Below are positions 62,342 through 64,000 of a stretch of 64,000 nt of DNA, in pieces. The stretch is from assembly GCA_964355795.1 (NCBI GenBank), contig CAYHEQ010000001.1, positions 9,849-73,848 on the forward strand, given 5' to 3'. The notes under the pieces are model-generated. The model saw nothing but the letters and a program-made list of their open reading frames with translations. It was not told the DNA's origin and did not search any database. A program made the translations under genes and the position numbers. This DNA comes from an uncultured Candidatus Saccharibacteria bacterium (GTDB taxonomy: Bacteria > Patescibacteriota > JACPGU01). Positions within the stretch are counted from its first letter, which is position 1. The number at the start of each line of letters is the position of its first letter.

Positions 62342-63147
62342 GTACTAGTAATTAATTTGTATAGATATTGGTTGGCTTCTTCAATTGGCTTCTCCCAATC
62401 AATTATGGGAGCCAAAAACGGCATATGCGCATGCGTTGCCAATGATGGCATAGGCCCTAACAACAATCTTCTTTCGCCAGCGTCAGGATATTTGCCAAGT
62501 CGTTGCAAGTGCCTGAACAGTTCTCTGTCATTTGGACATTTTTCATTATCTAGAGAATATTTCCGATGTAAATCAAAATCTTTTTTAATTATTTTCCCTG
62601 AAGTCATAAAGGTCATACACGTGGACTCCTGAGATCTATAATGCCTATTGCCTCTCAAAAATATCGTGTTCTCCCAATGCGGAAGATCTGCTCCTCCACG
62701 ATACTCTTCATCATATCTTACCGGATGATCATAGGGGGTTAGATAATCAGCGCCGTTGATATTGTCTATCGCATCAATCAGCTCGTAAACTGCTTCAGTA
62801 ACCCACATATAATCATCCTCAACAAACAACAACCTGTCGTTATCATCTGCCACCCTTGCTTCTTCCAATATATAGAGGTATGACTTCGCATTACTATTGG
62901 TAGACAGATAGTCCACCTTTGCCTTAAACGCGAGAGATATACTATAGATAATCTCCTTTTCCTGCACAGACAGCGCATCGGTTTTGTCTATAAAAATTCG
63001 CCATTCCACCTCATCACCATAACGATTACGGTCAAGATGGTTCCTTACACTTAATGCAAAACTAGCCAAGCACAACCGCTTGGAGAACCACGTCGGGCGT
63101 ATTCCTACTCTATCTTCTGGACAATAGCGATAGAATATCCTCAACAT
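62338..63147 (-). CDS. Hypothetical protein (glycosylation cluster)
   Basis: 269-aa ORF with no TM segment and no recognized motif. Confidence 0.45.
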   Translation of the reverse strand: MLRIFYRYCPEDRVGIRPTWFSKRLCLASFALSVRNHLDRNRYGDEVEWRIFIDKTDALSVQEKEIIYSISLAFKAKVDYLSTNSNAKSYLYILEEARVADDNDRLLFVEDDYMWVTEAVYELIDAIDNINGADYLTPYDHPVRYDEEYRGGADLPHWENTIFLRGNRHYRSQESTCMTFMTSGKIIKKDFDLHRKYSLDNEKCPNDRELFRHLQRLGKYPDAGERRLLLGPMPSLATHAHMPFLAPIIDWEKPIEEANQYLYKLITST

Positions 63148-63374
63148 ATGCTACACCACTAGCTTAATCTTCTTGCGAAACTGACTGTGCGACAGACGCC
63201 TTGCTTATTAGATAATGACGCTTCTGGTCAAAGGTGCGTTTCTGTAATTATTATGTAGTATATAGCCAATATTATGTTTCTTCAATATTGACAAAAAAAG
63301 AGAAGTGTTTTAATGCATAGAGTAGCCTGTAAGAATTAAGAGTGTTGTTCACACTTTACCATTCTTGGGATAAA

Positions 63375-64000
63375 GTAGGAACACTATGACAATACATAAA
63401 TCTACACGGCTCACCCCCGTCCAAAGGAAAGAGGTGGCTAATCAGTATTTTCGGCAAAATGTTCGGATAGCTACACTGGCTCGTGACTACCATGTTAGCA
63501 GGCACACTATCTACAATATCGTCCATCGCGCCAGAAGGAACGATTACAGCATCCACAAAAGCACCAACCAACGCTACCGGTGCCTAAAATACGGGATTAG
63601 GCGATTGGCAAAGGTCGAAGCGGCAATAGAGAAAAGACTGAAAGGCCAAGCCCTCCGCTACCACAAGAACTATCCGTGTGAAATGATGCATTCTGACAAC
63701 ACGGAACTACCTATGCTGGAAGGAGAAAAAGTTACCGATAAGCCTGAAACTCTATACGTGGCGATTGATGACTTTTCTAGGGAGCTGTATGCGGCCATTC
63801 TGCCTGACCGCACCCAATATTCCTCGGCCACGTTTCTCGATCAAGTCTTGGAAGAATGCCCCTATACCATGGAAGTCTGGTATACTGACAATGGCACCGA
63901 ATACAAGGGTAACCCTCGCAAACATGAACTGATGAAAATGTGCGAAGCAAACGGTATTAAGCAATACTTTACCAAACCGCATACCCCTCAAACTAATGGC
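63375..64000 (+). mobile_element. IS481-family (rve/DDE) transposase gene, 5' part; runs off the window end
   Basis: ATG at 63375, then an HTH (LTPVQRKEVANQYF...IATLARDYHVSRHTIYNIV). It is followed by DDE integrase-core motifs VAIDDFSR, YTDNGTEY and KPHTPQTNG. It is open to position 64000 and is not in the ORF track because no stop falls inside the window. Confidence 0.65.

Overview
Low-GC (about 40%) bacterial chromosomal window. From about 0.3 to 39.7 kb almost every gene is on the minus strand; beyond that the strands are mixed. The gene content looks like a small-genome, Gram-positive-like or CPR/Patescibacteria-type organism: a complete type IV pilus locus, an LPXTG surface protein, many TPR and secreted proteins, and few metabolic genes. 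That placement is inference, not a search result.

Main blocks, in order:
- Partial RF2-like release factor at the window edge, then a MutH/Sau3AI-like restriction endonuclease with an N4C/N6A methyltransferase.
- LPXTG surface protein carrying a perfect 2 x 450 bp internal tandem duplication.
- A GC-rich (about 60%) gene with degenerate repeats and a strong terminator hairpin.
- rmuC, two zinc-ribbon membrane proteins, and a UvrD-family helicase fused to a Cas4/AddB-like nuclease.
- RNase HI and the type IV pilus locus: three pseudopilins, pilD, major pilin, pilC, pilT, pilB, small membrane proteins, PilO- and PilN-like proteins.
- A run of large secreted proteins (InlB B-repeat, PKD, Gly-rich), each group headed by a TPR membrane protein.
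- A tRNA island (Thr, Thr, Tyr, Trp, plus rpmG) full of partial tRNA duplications, a conserved 30-nt double-hairpin element and a small GIY-YIG nuclease gene.
- holB, rpmB, an M50-like protease, tRNA-Pro, SOD, a SpoU methyltransferase, and an ArsR regulator with three identical palindromic operators, one of which sits in front of a Pif1-like helicase.
- VKOR, two HicAB pairs, argS, tyrS, PBP1A, a PilX-like ORF split at a G7 tract, rsgA, a glycosylation cluster (two GTs, a nucleotidyltransferase, an ABC-F ATPase).
- A partial IS481-like transposase running off the window end.

Several short repeat families dominate the intergenic space:
- nine copies of a 13-bp-stem hairpin (GAGGTTCGACC...GGTCGAACCTC)
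- seven GCGAAT-rich loci
- a 115-bp MITE-like element in two near-identical copies
- an about 82-bp promoter-proximal element in two copies, carrying a TCGGGATCCCGA palindrome
- octamer and heptamer simple-sequence repeats

No rRNA gene or CRISPR array is present. All calls come from reading the sequence and the ORF translations; no database search was run.
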